Assembly (NCBI GenBank): GCA_964016885.1
Contig: OZ024743.1
Span: 313,596,001-313,660,000 of the forward strand
From: Eledone cirrhosa
Taxonomy: Eukaryota
Length of the DNA: 64,000 nucleotides
Direction: 5' to 3'
In this document: in pieces, positions 1 to 13,777 of the stretch
Numbering within the stretch: the first letter of the stretch is position 1
How the letters are laid out: every line of letters begins with the position of its first letter
Program-made: the position numbers and the translations under genes
Notes under the pieces: model-generated
Told to the model about the DNA's origin: nothing
The model's database searches: none
What the model saw: only the letters and a program-made list of their open reading frames with translations

Positions 1-90
1 TATATAGATATACACATATACACATAAAAATATATGTATATATACACACACACACACACATACACACATATATTTATATATATATATATA

Positions 91-437
91 TATACAATAT
101 ATTAACAAATGGAAACTATATTTATAAAACCATATTTATTTCATTATACATATTTCAAGGGCCACGAAGGCAAACTATGGTGCGCTTTCATCGGATAAAA
201 TATAATATAGGTTAGTTTTATGAATAAATATTGACATACCCTGAAAATCCCAGGAGATTCCAACCAGAATGGTTGCATTTTTTCAGGGTATGTCAATATT
301 TATTTATTAAACTAACCTATATTATATTTTATCTGATGAAAGCGCACCATAGTTTGCCTTGGTGGCCCTTGAAATATGTATAATGAAATAAATATGGTTT
401 TATAAATATAGTTTCCATTTGTTAATATATTGTATAT
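91..437. mobile_element. Fold-back element (about 155-bp arms) carrying a type I hammerhead; probable non-autonomous PLE derivative
   Basis: 91-246 is the near-perfect reverse complement of 281-437. Left end abuts (TA)n. HHR in the right arm; the left-arm copy (137-202, minus) has a mutated CCGAUGA core. Confidence 0.8.
325..390 (+). ncRNA. Type I hammerhead ribozyme
   Basis: TATTTTAT-CTGATGA-(AAGCGCACCA...TGGTGGCCCTT)-GAAA-TATGTA-TA-ATGAAATA. Stem I is 8 bp, stem III quasi-palindromic, predicted cleavage after AUA at 382. Confidence 0.75.
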
Positions 438-491
438 TTACTCCAATAATTTGTTGAGTGCTTTATATCAGTTATAAAAATATTTTGCTTG

Positions 492-1540
492 TCTACTTAT
501 ATATATATAACCAGCAATTTCTCTGTCTGTCTGTCCGACAGTGGAAACACGTGCGGAGAGTGAGAGTGAAAGAAAGAGACAGACTACGAGAGGGGGATAG
601 CGGGAAGGAGAGAGGGAGAGAGAGTGAATAGATGCTACAACACGTGCTATAGAAACATTACCTTCCCCTCTCCACTGATTTTGGTCACTGAGGCCGAGGG
701 AATCGCTGGTTGCTATAGAGACACCTTGCACAAGCCAGAAGTAACCAGTTCGAGGCGGTTCTGACTTGACACCATGCGAAGAAGGTTGCCATTGAATTTG
801 TGGTTTGAAGAAGGTTGCCATTGAATTTGTGGTTGTTGCTGCTGATAATAAGGACCATTTGAAGAAGGTTGCCATTGAATTGGTGGTTTGAAGAAGGTTG
901 TCATTGAATTTGTGGTTGTTGCTGCTGATAATAAGGACCATTTGAAGAAGGTTGCCATTGAATTTGTGGTTTGAAGAAGGTTGCCATTGAATTTGTGGTT
1001 GTTGCTGCTGATAATAAGGACCATTTGAAGAAGGTTGCTGCTGATGAGGTAATTTATTAATCAAATTGCGCAGTTCCATAACCTACGTTTGATTTGTTCA
1101 ATTTTTTCTTCAATTTTTTTTGTTGTTTTTTTAATTTCTTATTGAAAAAATATAAATAATAAAATAAGGTTAGAAATTTAAATAGAATTAAATACGATTT
1201 CATTTCCATTTCCAGCAGCCAATGTCGAGTGTTCAATTTCATGAAAAAATTGGAAATAATTCAAAAAATTGAAGTTTAACTTTTGAACATTTGTTTTGAC
1301 AATAAAAAAAATATTTCCTTATTCACACCTAATGGTATTTTCTCCTTTTTCGTTTTAACATATATTTATTTCAAAGATTTCACCGTATAGATAACATATA
1401 TATTTATACATGCATAAAAGACACAACGTGAGTCGGTGAACATGTGGTGCCGAAAACATTTCTCATCTAAATCTCAACAATATCAGTATATACACTAGAT
1501 TTGCTAGCAGAAAATCGCCCACCGGGTGGTTTTCTGCTAG
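492..1540 (+). mobile_element. Non-autonomous Helitron-like element
   Basis: 5' TC followed by TATATATAA and (TCTG)n; 3' hairpin CTAGCAGAAAA...TTTTCTGCTAG ending in CTAG at 1540. Confidence 0.5.
778..1040. repeat. Composite minisatellite (29-bp and 53-bp units sharing GAAGAAGGTTGCCATTGAATTTGTGGTT)
   Basis: Visible alternating direct repeats; they account for the spurious ORFs 468-1079 and 713-1024. Confidence 0.9.
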
Positions 1541-2124
1541 TCTATATATATAAAACTGATGATGTCTGTCTGTGTGTGGGTGTGAGTTTGAATCCCTAAA
1601 ACTAGAGAAGTACCCAACCGACTGTATTCAAACTTTACACATGTAATACTTATGTTTCAGGGAGTGTTCTGCGCAAAGAAAATTCAAATTTTCAATTCCC
1701 TAGGGACAGCATTAGGCGATTGGATTCTTAGTCTTTCTCTTTTTAGATAGATATCAACATCGCGCATATAACATCGCGCACTTATAATATCTGTCTGTAT
1801 GTATGGCTGTCTGCATTACGTCTCTTCCTACAATTCGTTCTGCGTCCAGAACGCGCCCTTATAAAATTTGTCTGTATGTCTGGCTGTCTGCTGCCTCCGG
1901 TTATTCCGCCACCCTTGCTCAAGACAAATCTCACACTCATTCCCCAAACAGTTGGTAAGTGCACACAACTTCTTCCTCACGTTTTAAGCCACACTGTTAC
2001 TTACTTACGTACCACCAGACCCTTATTTATTTGCCAGCCGTGTTTGTGGCAATACTAAGCCTAGCTAAGGCGGTTAAATATTTCACAATACCTTATCCCG
2101 TGCAACGCCGGGTACCACTGCTAG
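1541..2124 (+). mobile_element. Non-autonomous Helitron
   Basis: Starts TCTATATATATAAAAC; ends with hairpin CCCGTGCAACGCCGGG then CTAG followed by T. The same terminal motif occurs at 24720 and 38611 on the minus strand. Confidence 0.8.
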
Positions 2125-2784
2125 TATTTAATAAAAAAAAAAAGCAACAACAAAGTATTAAAGACACAATTTCGACTGGATTTTTATTATAGATCATCTA
2201 TAATAGTTCTGCTACAGAAGAGCAGTACATTTTTTGGATAAATGCTACATGCATTTTCAAGATGCAGGAAGGCCGACAAAACTGACCAGTGAGTGTGACA
2301 TATAGGACAAAGCCAACCATCTGTCGAATCCATTACGAAGATTTAGGAGAGAAGTCCAGGCAGTTTCTTATGTCTGAGGGTTATGGTGGGAGAGGTAGTT
2401 TGGAGAATGACTTTTAAAGCACTGGACAATCATACTTTCATCAATGACGTACCACTAAGAGAAAAAGGTGAAGGTGGAAAGGAATATGCTGCCCTCCAGC
2501 ATACTTGCCTACCTAAATATGATTATTCTTAACGTTCCCTCCATGCTAAACAAAATGGCGCTTGTCATTTATGTTTTATGTGATCGTTTAATGTACAATC
2601 AGATGCTCACGCGTGTCAATGAGGTGTGGTTGGTATTATTTTTGAAGTATAGAATTCTGCTCGCAAACTACAACATTTGTTTCTTTGTTATACAACTCCT
2701 GCGATTATTATTATTAATAGCATGTTTAAAATGATGATGTTCATGACACAAATGTTGATGATAATAAGGTTGATTGCTTTGATA

Positions 2785-2854
<70 letters not shown>

Positions 2855-3995
2855 GGGGTTCCTTTTTCTTTTCCATCTCATTGCACAGCACATTTCAACC
2901 CACGACAATTTGCAGAATCTATTGAAAATGTATTTGAAAATATCAAAGTTTACAAAAGGAGGAATGGCATTGTTATAATGTAATGTTTACATATAAACAA
3001 AACCTGATAAATGAATGTTGTAGGCTTTAATTATTCATATCTTCTAGTATTTCGAATGTTCATTGTTTAAATGATATAATGAAATATAGAATATGTTATA
3101 GACGTGATTGAAGTCCCTTAGGTTGATGAATAAAACAATTAACTATAGGGAAGGAAAGCATTTAGTAATTCGATTGAGGGATAAATGTATGTGGTTGTTA
3201 ATGGAGGTTTTGTTGTTATTGCTGCTGTATATTTTTAGGCGTACATGGATTCTGTAGATTTATAAGTGAAATAATTATTCCGCCGATTTATTAGGTGTAT
3301 CTAGAGATATATATTGTAATGTGTTTTTCTCAATTTGTTACTTACAGGTGTGTATAATTGGTGTATAAGTGTGTATAAAACGTTTGGCTGGTGGAAGTTT
3401 CTTAGGAGAAACTCTGGACAGTCTGAGAAGTGGGATACGAATTCATTAATATTTATGGGCATCAGAAAGAGAAAAAGCAAGATGTGGGTGGAAAGCGAGA
3501 GGGATTATTCGATCCAGGTAATTGTATAGATTATCCATTTTTCAAATTTTTAAATATACTATGATTTGTGAAAGATTTAACTGCTTTTACTTGCGGATCA
3601 AGCGACCACCTTGCGAACCTTTTATTGTATAAGAACCGTAGGATCTTCATATGTTACATTGTCAGCTAGAAATAACAAACTAAGTGCTCTCATGGCACGA
3701 ATTACAGTCTTCAAATCTAGTCATAGATATAGAAAGAGACGTAATAAGCAAGATGGGAACAGTATTGATTATAAATCTGCTTATACAGGGCTGGCCTAAA
3801 GGGCTAGACAGCACAAGTAACATAGAAATCAGAAAATAATCAGTTTATAAATTTTAACTCTTTTTATACCGACCGTCTGAAACCACCTTCTAATATCAAA
3901 ATCTCTATATTTAATTACTAATTGGGTGTAACGTTGTTCCAGTAGATCCGCTACTTTTACTGAATCAAGAGATCAAATCTCCGGTATTACGAACA

Positions 3996-4346
3996 TGTAG
4001 CAGGAGTTTCCTCCCTTGTTGTGACACTCACATCACCAATAGAGTAACGCTCTCTAGACAGGAAGTAGCTGGAGTTGCTTACAGTTGGGGTGATAGAACC
4101 CTTTTTGTAACTTCCGGCAGAACCCTATAAAACGAATAACTTTCAGCTCCCTCTCTCTCATTTGCGCATTCGCCTAGCAACCAAAGCGGTAACTAATAAC
4201 TTTGCTTCATTCTTTCATCTATTCATTGACATGTCAACTATACTGTTCTATATATCCACAAATTGTTGATTAAATGTTATACTCACAAACCACGTCTCTT
4301 GTTATATTCATACACACCAGTACATTGTTATAAGTGGTGACCCCGA
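3996..4346 (+). mobile_element. Gypsy-type 5' LTR with tRNA-Trp primer binding site; internal region absent
   Basis: Starts TGTAG, TATA-like CTATAAAA near 4125, ATTAAA near 4270, ends TGTTATA. TGGTGACCCCGA (4335-4346) is complementary to the 3' end of eukaryotic tRNA-Trp. Confidence 0.7.
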
Positions 4347-5128
4347 AAAAAAAAAATAGCAGAATCTGGTGTTGTGTGAGTAACATTACGAATACGCAGC
4401 AAATTTTATTGACAAACTATGAAAATACGCAGTCAAAGAAACGAACACACGCACATGTGAAATTCTCGTTTAGACAGACTCTTTTTCTCTCACGCATCAA
4501 CTAACTGTCGCATTTCACTGTATATATATATATGTTTTTCGTTTCTTCATACAACGAACACTAAACATGTGATTAGAATATATAAGGAAAGAATCGCTGG
4601 ACAGCTTTTATGGGCAAAGACAACAGGTAGGATGCCTAGAGGTAGCAACATGGTTGGGTATCATCTATGAGCTTGGCTGGTCTCTTTGGAGATTCAGTAA
4701 AATCAATTGGAGATAATTGCTTCGGATAGGACCCTCTGGAAGTTGAGTCAGAGGACTTGACCCCCAGAACCCTCTCGGGAATAAGTGAACGAAGAAGAAA
4801 AAGAAAATGGAAACAGAAAAAGAACTAAAATATGAAAAAATGAAATTAAAAAATTATATATTATTCTTATTTCACTTATACAAGTATATTTCGAAAAGAT
4901 AAAACACATACATGTATAGGACAAACTTAACTTACATGTGAAATATTTTTCATTTCTCTATTTTTTGATACATCATACATTAACAGACATTTTAAGATCT
5001 AACAAACACAAAAACAGACTGATATTCATAAATACTTACATACATACATCAGCACATAGAAATGTACACAACACACACACATGTATATATATATATAAAT
5101 GTATATATATAAATGTATGTATATATAT

Positions 5129-5220
<92 letters not shown>

Positions 5221-5244
5221 ACACTCATACGTATACGTACATGC

Positions 5245-5385
5245 ATGTTTATCCCGGGTCCTACAGTAACTAAGGTATTCAATACACAGCAGAGTATAAA
5301 TATTTAATATAGAAATCATCAGGGAGCCTGATGATTTCTCCCGAATGAAACAGTTCTAGTCCTGTAGAAACCATTCCTATATCGA
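5245..5385. mobile_element. Small fold-back fragment with HHR-like core; same family as 52337-52490
   Basis: AGAAATCATCAGG-GAG-CCTGATGATTTCT palindrome, then CTGATGA-TTTCTCCCGAAT-GAAA-CAGTTCTAGTC. The 5' strand of stem I is not identifiable. Confidence 0.5.
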
Positions 5386-5444
5386 ATATGGAAATATATA
5401 TATATATATATATATATACACGATAGTGCAGGAATCAATAGTAC

Positions 5445-6015
5445 ATAGTGTTATTAAATGTTCGGTGAATCCATACGTACATATATGTATGTGTGCATGT
5501 ATGTATATATATATACATACTACTATACGTCTGTATACATATATGTATGTACGTATACATATATGTATGTACGTATACATACTTATATTTAAGTAACAGC
5601 CGTACTAAGAGTGAGAAATGAAATTTCGTTTAATTTTTTTCTGTTTATCGTTTTCGGTGCACCCGGCCGATTAACCCACTAGGATACGCAAATTAGGCTG
5701 CTCAGCCGTTAATATGCATAAGGAAAGTATATACTTTCAGACGTTCAATCATCTGGCAGGAAGGTATACGTTGCTGACGATAGCTAATAAGCTTGAAACT
5801 AGTACAGCGTTCCTTTGTCAGTGTTGAACAAATGAGCAACGATGGTTGCTAGACACTGTACGGCTTAATTCGGGATGTTTGTTTACAAATACACCGAGCA
5901 TTATAATAAATGTTCGGTGAATCCATACATACATATATGTATGTGTGCATGTATGTTTATATATATACATACTACTCTACGTCTGTATACATATATGTAC
6001 GTATACATACTTATA
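5445..6015 (+). mobile_element. Diverged partial-tandem copy (about 1.3 units) of the 466-bp HHR repeat family
   Basis: Shares TACTAAGAGTGAGAAATGAAATTTCG, CAAATTAGGCTGCTCAGCCGTTAAT, AGGAAAGTATATACTTTC and TGTCAGTGTTGAACAAA with the 45-48 kb array. Confidence 0.9.
5768..5810 (+). ncRNA. Type I hammerhead ribozyme (466-family variant)
   Basis: ACGTTG-CTGACGA-T-AGCT-AATA-AGCT-T-GAAA-CTAG-TA-CAGCGT. Confidence 0.88.
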
Positions 6016-6025
6016 TATATATATA

Positions 6026-6576
6026 TGGTCGGGTCGTTGGCGACTAAACTGGCAACCCCACCAAGGTTTCTTGGTGAGGAGGGTGGCTTTGGACATCCTG
6101 CAGGACTAAAAACAAAACCTGTCAAAAGGCAAAGGGGCTCTTAAGAGTCAATAGCCATCCAAAATCACCGGGAGAGATGACCCCTTAGCCTTTGTCAAGG
6201 CAGAATTCTAGGAGAAGGAAAACTCTGATATAACACCTGCAACCCTGATGGTATCCAATGATGTTGAATTGTTCTTCTTTTTGGTAAATATCATCTTGGT
6301 TAAGAGAGTGGGACTGGCTTTGTGCAGTGCCTTTGCTCACTATAAAAGCTTCACAGCACAGGCATTGCTTTATATCTGGAGATCTCTCTGCACTTGTCGT
6401 CACATGGTACCATTGGCCCAGCACTATGTGTCAATAATTGTCACAAGTGTAGTGTTTGTACCAGAGTTTTCAAGTCGCTGGCTGGACTAAAAAGTCACAT
6501 TCGTTCAGCGCATTGGTAGGGGTTCTCCTACATGGATATAAAGTAGTGGCCGTACTCGAAAACGAGTTGGCAGCCA

Positions 6577-6580
<4 letters not shown>
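6026..6580. mobile_element. Degenerate LINE fragment (5' UTR/endonuclease-like region, probably RTE)
   Basis: GC-richer island between (TA)n tracts with LINE 5'-end-like sequence; no clean motif recovered. Confidence 0.3.
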
Positions 6581-6612
<32 letters not shown>

Positions 6613-7139
6613 GATATTTATATATATATATGCAAAAAAACATATAGGATATGTATTTATATATTTATGTAAATATGTATAGATGAATATATACATACAC
6701 ACATATATATATGTGTGTGTGCATGTGCGTGTGTGTGTGTGTACATAGATATATATAAAGAAAGATAGAAAGAGAGCGAGAGAGAGAGAGAGAAAGGGAG
6801 AGAGACAGATTTCTAAATGTTAAGAACATAAATTAAGTGATTTCCTTATGGTCCATATGCTAAATACATATAAAACAAAGCAACTAACTCTGTCTAGACA
6901 TTGAAGAAGTTGAGAAAGATATATTTTAAGTGTTTTAACGCTCCATTACTCTTTACGTATTCTGAGAAAAAAACCTGGCCAAGAGAATATGGGAGAAGGA
7001 AGGAAATACAGAATATATTAAAGGTCGACTATTGAGCTTGAATTATAGGTTTATGGATTAGTAAATATCTCTATAAATGGGGAAAACGTGGTCAATACAT
7101 ACCGTAGTGTTATTTGTATCCGTTATGTTAGAACGACTG

Positions 7140-7270
7140 ATAGAATATTTGCGGTATTCATTTCGACACTCTGCTCTCTGAGTTCAAATCCTATCGAGGT
7201 CAACTACGCCTTTTATCCATACGAGGTCGATAAAATATTACCAGTCTAATACTGGAGTCGACTCTACCTC
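7140..7270 (+). mobile_element. SINE (cephalopod-type core and 3' region); further copies near 10840-10990, 12335-12510, 12530-12750, 25890-25969, 53700-53900 and 54755-54860
   Basis: Recurrent GAGTTCAAAT...CGAGGTCAACT..GCCTTT.ATCC...GGTCGATAAAAT..TACCAGT...TGGCCTTGTGCC motif. Confidence 0.75.
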
Positions 7271-7719
7271 TATATCTCTTTCTTACTTCCTCTCTATAAC
7301 TCTCTGTCCTTTTCGCTAGTTCTTAAAAAAATGCCCTAGAAATGCTGCATGTCAATACGGTGCCCCTACGACTCCCCCAGGAGGTACGAGACGAAGAAGA
7401 AGAACTGCTGTTTATTAAAACGATTACAGAGAGGTTAGCTGCTTGACTGTATAGATAAATATATCTAAAGACTTATTAACTTAGGATTAGTTAACAACCA
7501 TTGTTTCTTTGTTTTCTTTATTTTACAGTTGGTTATCTAAAATGACTTTCCTTTCTTTATGCATTATGTTTGCTACTTTTGTTATTGTTACTAAGTCCCG
7601 CATCATCTCTAGAGAAATAGCGTTTTAGACGTCCTCGAACCATATTTAGACGTATATCATATATTTATTTAAACCCCTCCCTGGTCTTTCTAATGAATAC
7701 ACAGTATTTAAAATCTTCT

Positions 7720-8100
7720 ATACATCCATTACTGGTTCACGACGAAGTTTCTCCTCCAGTTCACCCTATTGTCCTGCCTACAACCCAGTGTCCTTTTACG
7801 AACATCCTTCAGTGTGATAGCTGGTCTCCAAACTCGTCTGCACTCATCAGCTTCCCAGAAAAAAACTCTGTCAGCAGGTTCATTGTGACCTTTCACACAT
7901 CCGGCTAATGGGAGCCTCCTGCGTCTTATGATGCAAGAAAGGTGAGGGTAGGATCTGTAGAGCGATTTATCTGATACGTGTGTTTTCCAGGATACGTTCT
8001 GGACCTTTCTCAGCAATCGTGTGAATGTGCCATTAATCCGCTTTCTGAGAATTTTTGTTAGTAAAGGAGAATGGACACAAACATTGCTTTGAATAGCCAC
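7720..8100 (-). pseudogene. RTE-clade LINE, 3' fragment
   Basis: INGTFTRLLRKVQNVSWKTHVSDKSLY...IIRRRRLPLAGCVKGHNEPADRVFFWE resembles the RTE ORF C-terminus. Confidence 0.8.
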
Positions 8101-9049
8101 AATTTCGGTATTATGTGAAATAGTGAATGAAAGATTTGAATGGATTTATTGATATTATTTATTATTCCAGGACAGGAGTTATTTGTAAGATAAATGGTTA
8201 ATATACAAAATTATGTAAGAATATTAAAATTTTGAAAAGAAAACCTTTAAAATGGGCTGCCTGCATTTCATATAAGCAGAGATAGGTTTGGATGAAATAT
8301 TATCAAACGGTTTAAAAACGGTATGATCATATTTGGCATCAAATTCAAGCAACTAAGCGGAGGTCCACCTTATTAGATTAACGGCTGTGAATGTGAAAAG
8401 ATGAAATATTCAATACAAAGCTTTGGTTCAATCTCACTGTGATATCCCGTGGTATTTGATTGACTATAAATTATTTCCTCTTCCTCTAGTGTGTAAACAC
8501 AGAGTGATACTTCCATTCATGAACCGTAGTCGAATCTGCTTAGAAAATCGATTCCCTTGATTTTACATACTCTATATTGATTTCACGGATGGTGTACAAA
8601 GTCTCTACGTGTCCCTAAGTTATCAATCATTTTAGCTTCTAAACAATTCTCAAGGTAGGGTTTCAGTTGGTTGATGCATTATGATTCCACCATTCATATG
8701 TACACCATGGTGACGGTACGTAGCCTAGTGGTTAGATTATTAGTACGATAACCAGTGGCGAATTGTGTCCTTGCGCAAGACGTTTTATTTCACATTCATC
8801 CAGTCACCAGTTAAGTCAACAGGATGCTGGAGTACTCGTTGTTGGAACAAAGTAATTATCGACCCACATGGAGTCCTTAAGAAGCATGTAGACACATACT
8901 ATCGCCTGAAATCTAAACACCAATTATCTGGCACTCTTGGTTCCAATCACGTACAGGATTACATGTTTTGCTGGACTATATGATGGCGAGGAGTACGATA
9001 CGAACATCCCTAAACGTTGGATTCCGTCTGCCTTCTCCGTAAGCATGCA

Positions 9050-10500
9050 CGTTAGTGTCTGATGTGACATGTCCCAGATTGGCAGATCCGCCCATAGCAT
9101 CCGCCGGGAAATGACAGTGTTATGCTTGACTGCGCCTTAAACACAACCCTACCTCCGAGTTCTCCTCTCATTGAGGTTGACACGACAGTTTGTTTCAAAT
9201 GTGTTGTTAGCATGCCAGACGGTGCGGTGCTTGGATGACCCACTGGTGAGGGTCGATGTTATATATTTTCAGGGTCTATTTTAGCATATCTTTGTGCCGC
9301 TTCTTGCACACACCACTGTTTTGACAGTCAGAAAACGATTCTCCGTAGATTACAATCTTTGGCAGGTGATGGTCTGCCCTTCTAGAGACATGCCCTACCC
9401 AGCGCAGTTGTGTCTTCATAAGAATGGCTTTGATAGCGGTGATCTTCGCTTTCTTGAGGAACTCTGTGCTGGTGACATGGTCACGCCACTTGATGTTTAA
9501 TATTGTGATATAGACCCCTTGTCGTCTTGCAGGTCTTTCGTGGTTTGTTTCATCATTATGCTGAAAAATAAAGAGAACAGTGTAGGGGCAAGAAGGCTAC
9601 TTTGCGTCACGTCGTTGGTGATTTGGAAGGGCTGAGACAGATCATTCATAAATATGACCTGACCATGCTGTCCGTTGTGGAGCTGGGTGATTATGCTGTT
9701 AGGTTGACGAATTTTGGTGGGAGCCTAGTTTTTTCAGAATATGACACAGTAACTATCTGCACACCTAATCAAACGCGTCGGTCAAGTCAATGAAGGGGAT
9801 GAACAGACCTCTGTTAGGTTCACGCAATTTATCATGGAACTACCTCGAGACTAACCCCACATCCCTGATGTCCGGTTTTCTCTAAAACCACAGTAGCTGT
9901 CAGAGAGATGATCCTCAATAATGATAGGTGTTCGTCTGTTGAGTAGTATTCGAGCCAGGTTCTTTCTTGCGATGGTGAGCAAGGTGATGTCTCTGTATTT
10001 GCCCCCTGTTCTTATATATGATAATGTTAATTGCATTACGGAAGTCTGAGGGAAGTGTCCGTGCTCCCAGCAACTGATAAAGAATTGAAGATGTCTGACT
10101 TGGAGGTGGATGGGGAACCACCATTGAACTAAACTTACTGGGGAGCCGTCGACACCTGAGGCTTTGCCAGTTTTCCGTAGCTTAATGGGTGGTATTCTTT
10201 CTCGGAGGTCTTGCTAAGCTCATTTTTCTCAGGTAACTCTGGAATAAAGTCAATTTCTGCATCATATCATAGACCATGCTATTGGCGCTAAAAAGACTTT
10301 GAAAATATTCTGACCAGTGAACAGGGATGGTGGTGTTTCAGTGACATAGCAAGACTCTTCCATTTGATATTTGGAGGGGATATAGAGGACCGCAAGGACT
10401 GATATAACAAGTCATACTTCCCGGTGTCAGCATATGTCTGAATTTTATCTGCAAGACGAGTTCACCACTTGTTCACCAAGAGACGTTTCTCATTTTTAGC
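9050..10500 (-). pseudogene. Heavily decayed RTE-type LINE reverse transcriptase
   Basis: KYRDITLLTIARKNLARILLNR...SDSYCGFRENR and LAPTLFSLFFSIM remnants, broken by frameshifts. Confidence 0.8.
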
Positions 10501-10707
10501 TTAGCCTTAAAACAAAAGTTGAGTTGGCAGTGGACGGTGCTGGACTATCTGGAAACAATCTTCTGAAGACTCAACTCTAATAAAGTATGTATGGAAACAT
10601 AACTCCTTGTGGTATCGTAGGGGGCACCATAATGAAATTACAACGTCTCCGGCAATTTAAACCTATCGGAGCTCACCCATTTTCCCGGTCTGATCTTAAT
10701 CAATGTC

Positions 10708-10812
<105 letters not shown>

Positions 10813-13432
10813 AGTGAAGAAGAGATGTAGAGGAAGAAACAACCCTAGTGTGAGACTGACTCATTTTTTATCAACCTCGAAAGGATGAAAGGCAGATGTC
10901 GCCTCGGTGGTATTTTAGCTTTCAAACCGGAATGCCGGAACGAATACAGCAAATACTTCTCTCCGACGTTCTAAGGTTAGTAACATTTCACCGCTTTACT
11001 ATAAAAACACGCTGATGTAAATGCTTTAAATTAAATCAAATGCCACGCTGCCACATTTTAATCTAAACTTGTCTGGTGGGTTGCAGAAAATTCAAGTGTC
11101 TACGAATAATCATATACAGATAAAATATAATGCTGGATATTCACTTGCCTGTAAATCGGTGTCATGCTTCTAGATTTGAGCTTCCAATAACCACACCTTT
11201 ATAGAATCTCAAGTTCTATGTGTTGTGAACTGACAATTTAAATGAATTTAACGTCTATCCCAAGGCCGAGTGTTAATGACACAAGAACATCCCGTTTTTA
11301 TTGATGCTAAGTGACCGAGAATACAATATCCTCTCTTGGAAAGGACCCCAATCTATCCAAGGATAACCCCCAATTGCTGGTTCTCATTTTCAGTTGAGTT
11401 GACTGGAGCAATATGAAATGAAGCATTTGCCTCAGGAATACAACATACCACCCGGTCCTAGAATCAAATCCACAACATTACGATTGTAAATACAACACCC
11501 TAACCACTAAGACGCGCAAGAAGACCAAATACTGAAAGCATTAATGTTCTGTTCCATCAACATGTGGTACAGACAACTGTTATTTGTGGTTCACAGAAAT
11601 ACAGTTAATGAAACAATAATTATATTTCTGCATCTCGTATCATGAGATGTATATTAACGGAAATAAATTATTCTAACTATCATAACGCTGACAGCACATA
11701 AAATCATTCTACAATTTTCTTGAGATCTCGCGTCGTAAACAACAAAATAAACCATATAAATACTTCTTTATGTAACACTCGCTCTCTCACTCGCTAACAC
11801 CCGATCTACCAGAAGATAGGCACATACACAAATCCTCACATAGTCACGCACATGCACAATCATGTAGGTATATACAAAGACAGCCACGCACATATACACA
11901 TACATCCATCATTCATGAACGAAAACAGTCAAACGCATACATAAATCAAAACCCATCTACACAGACAGTCCCACAAACACAGGCATATGATGTGTACGTA
12001 TGGGAATGTGAATAGGAATAATAACGAAATGTTGTCTACCCGAGGTAAGAATTTGAAATCAAGGGTTAGAATTGTATGGCTCCTCTGTCGACGTTATTGC
12101 TGTTTTGTCCCGTGCATGGTAACACAGCGTATCCTACTGGTTCGAACGTTGATCTCATTATTATATGGCAATGTGTTCGATTCCCAGACTAGCTAAAAAC
12201 GTTGCGTCGCTGAACAGAATATTTCATTTTATTCACTTGAAAATGAGCACCAGCGACAGCTTGCAGTTAGTTCTGAGAAGGCCAGGTGAAAAAAGACCAA
12301 CTAAGTCAAATACTATCTCATTAATTATGCGATGGATTGGTAGTATCGGTAGACGGTCGGACGCCATGCTTTCCAGCATAGTTACGTCGCTTTACGATCT
12401 GAGTTCAAATCCCGCCGAGGTTAACTTTGCCTTTCATCCTGACGGGGTCGATAACATAAAGTACCAGTAATACACTGCGTAATTGCTGGCCTTGTGCCTA
12501 AAGTAGAAACAATTAATTATACATACTGCAATGGTGGGTGGATTGGCAGTATCGGTAGAGCGTCGGAGAGCATGTTTTGATGCATAAAATTCCATTCCAT
12601 TTACATTATGAGTTCTATTCCCGTCGAGGTTAGCTTTGTCTTTTCTTTGGGTTCGGTAAAATACAGTACCAGTAACAGGCTGGATCCATTTAATCGACTT
12701 TTCCTTCCCTTCGAAATTGTTGGCATTGTGCCTAAATCCGAAACAGACTGATACAGACTGTCTTCGATTTATTTAAAGAAAAAAGCAGTAAGAGGATAAC
12801 ATACCTTAGGTTTGTTGGCTATTTCTTCCCTCTTCCTTCCACCCACCATTATTTCTCTCTCACCCCCGCTCTTCCCTTCCTCTTACTGCTTCTTTTTTTT
12901 CCTCCACCCTTCTCCCACCTGCCACTCGTACTCGTCACTTTCACTTATTAACATCTCTGCAGCCATAGCCTTTGTTGCTGCCTTTTCTTATAATGATCTG
13001 ATACCGAGTGGACACTCTTTCTCTCTCTCTCTGACCTGTCTGTCTGTCTACCTAATCTGATCGTTCCACACACAATCATCGCAGAGATATTTATTTCTCC
13101 GTTGCACGAGCCGTCTATTTCACGTAGATCTTCTAATTAAATCGTCGAAACCACAGCCGGTCAAAAAGTTGATGAGTGTAATTATATGTTTGTGTGATCT
13201 TCTCTCGTCCATTTTCTTCCTTTTCTCCTTTCTTCCTATCACCTCTGGGGGCCAACACATTGCTAGCCGCTGATTCCTATTGTTTCAAGTGAATTTTACC
13301 TGACGCTGTCATTGGCGGCTTCCTTGCATTGAGTTATACCAATTATTCTACGAATTCTAATACACTCGCGCTTCAAACTTGATATTCGAGATAACTTTGT
13401 TTTTACACACACACATATATATATACACACAT

Positions 13433-13463
<31 letters not shown>

Positions 13464-13473
13464 AATGTATATG

Positions 13474-13521
<48 letters not shown>

Positions 13522-13722
13522 TGTGAGAAAAACCACAGACCCTCCATCTCAATTATACTTTTGAAAAGCACAAGAAGTGCGAAACCGGTAAAAGAACCAA
13601 ATAAATATATATTTAAAAAAAAAAAGAGTCCAGTTGTATTTTCGATTTCATATTTTTTCCTTATACTTTCACTCGTGTAGGACACCTCGTTTTTTTTTCA
13701 TTTTGTAAAAAAACCTCACTTT

Positions 13723-13777
<55 letters not shown>

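Noticed and set aside
137-202. Active hammerheads at 137-202 and 31472-31516
   Set aside because: Core mutations (CCGAUGA and CUUAAGA) at invariant positions.
778-1040. CRISPR-like appearance of 29-bp repeats
   Set aside because: The intervening sequences are themselves repeated, the context is eukaryotic and there are no cas genes; this is a minisatellite.
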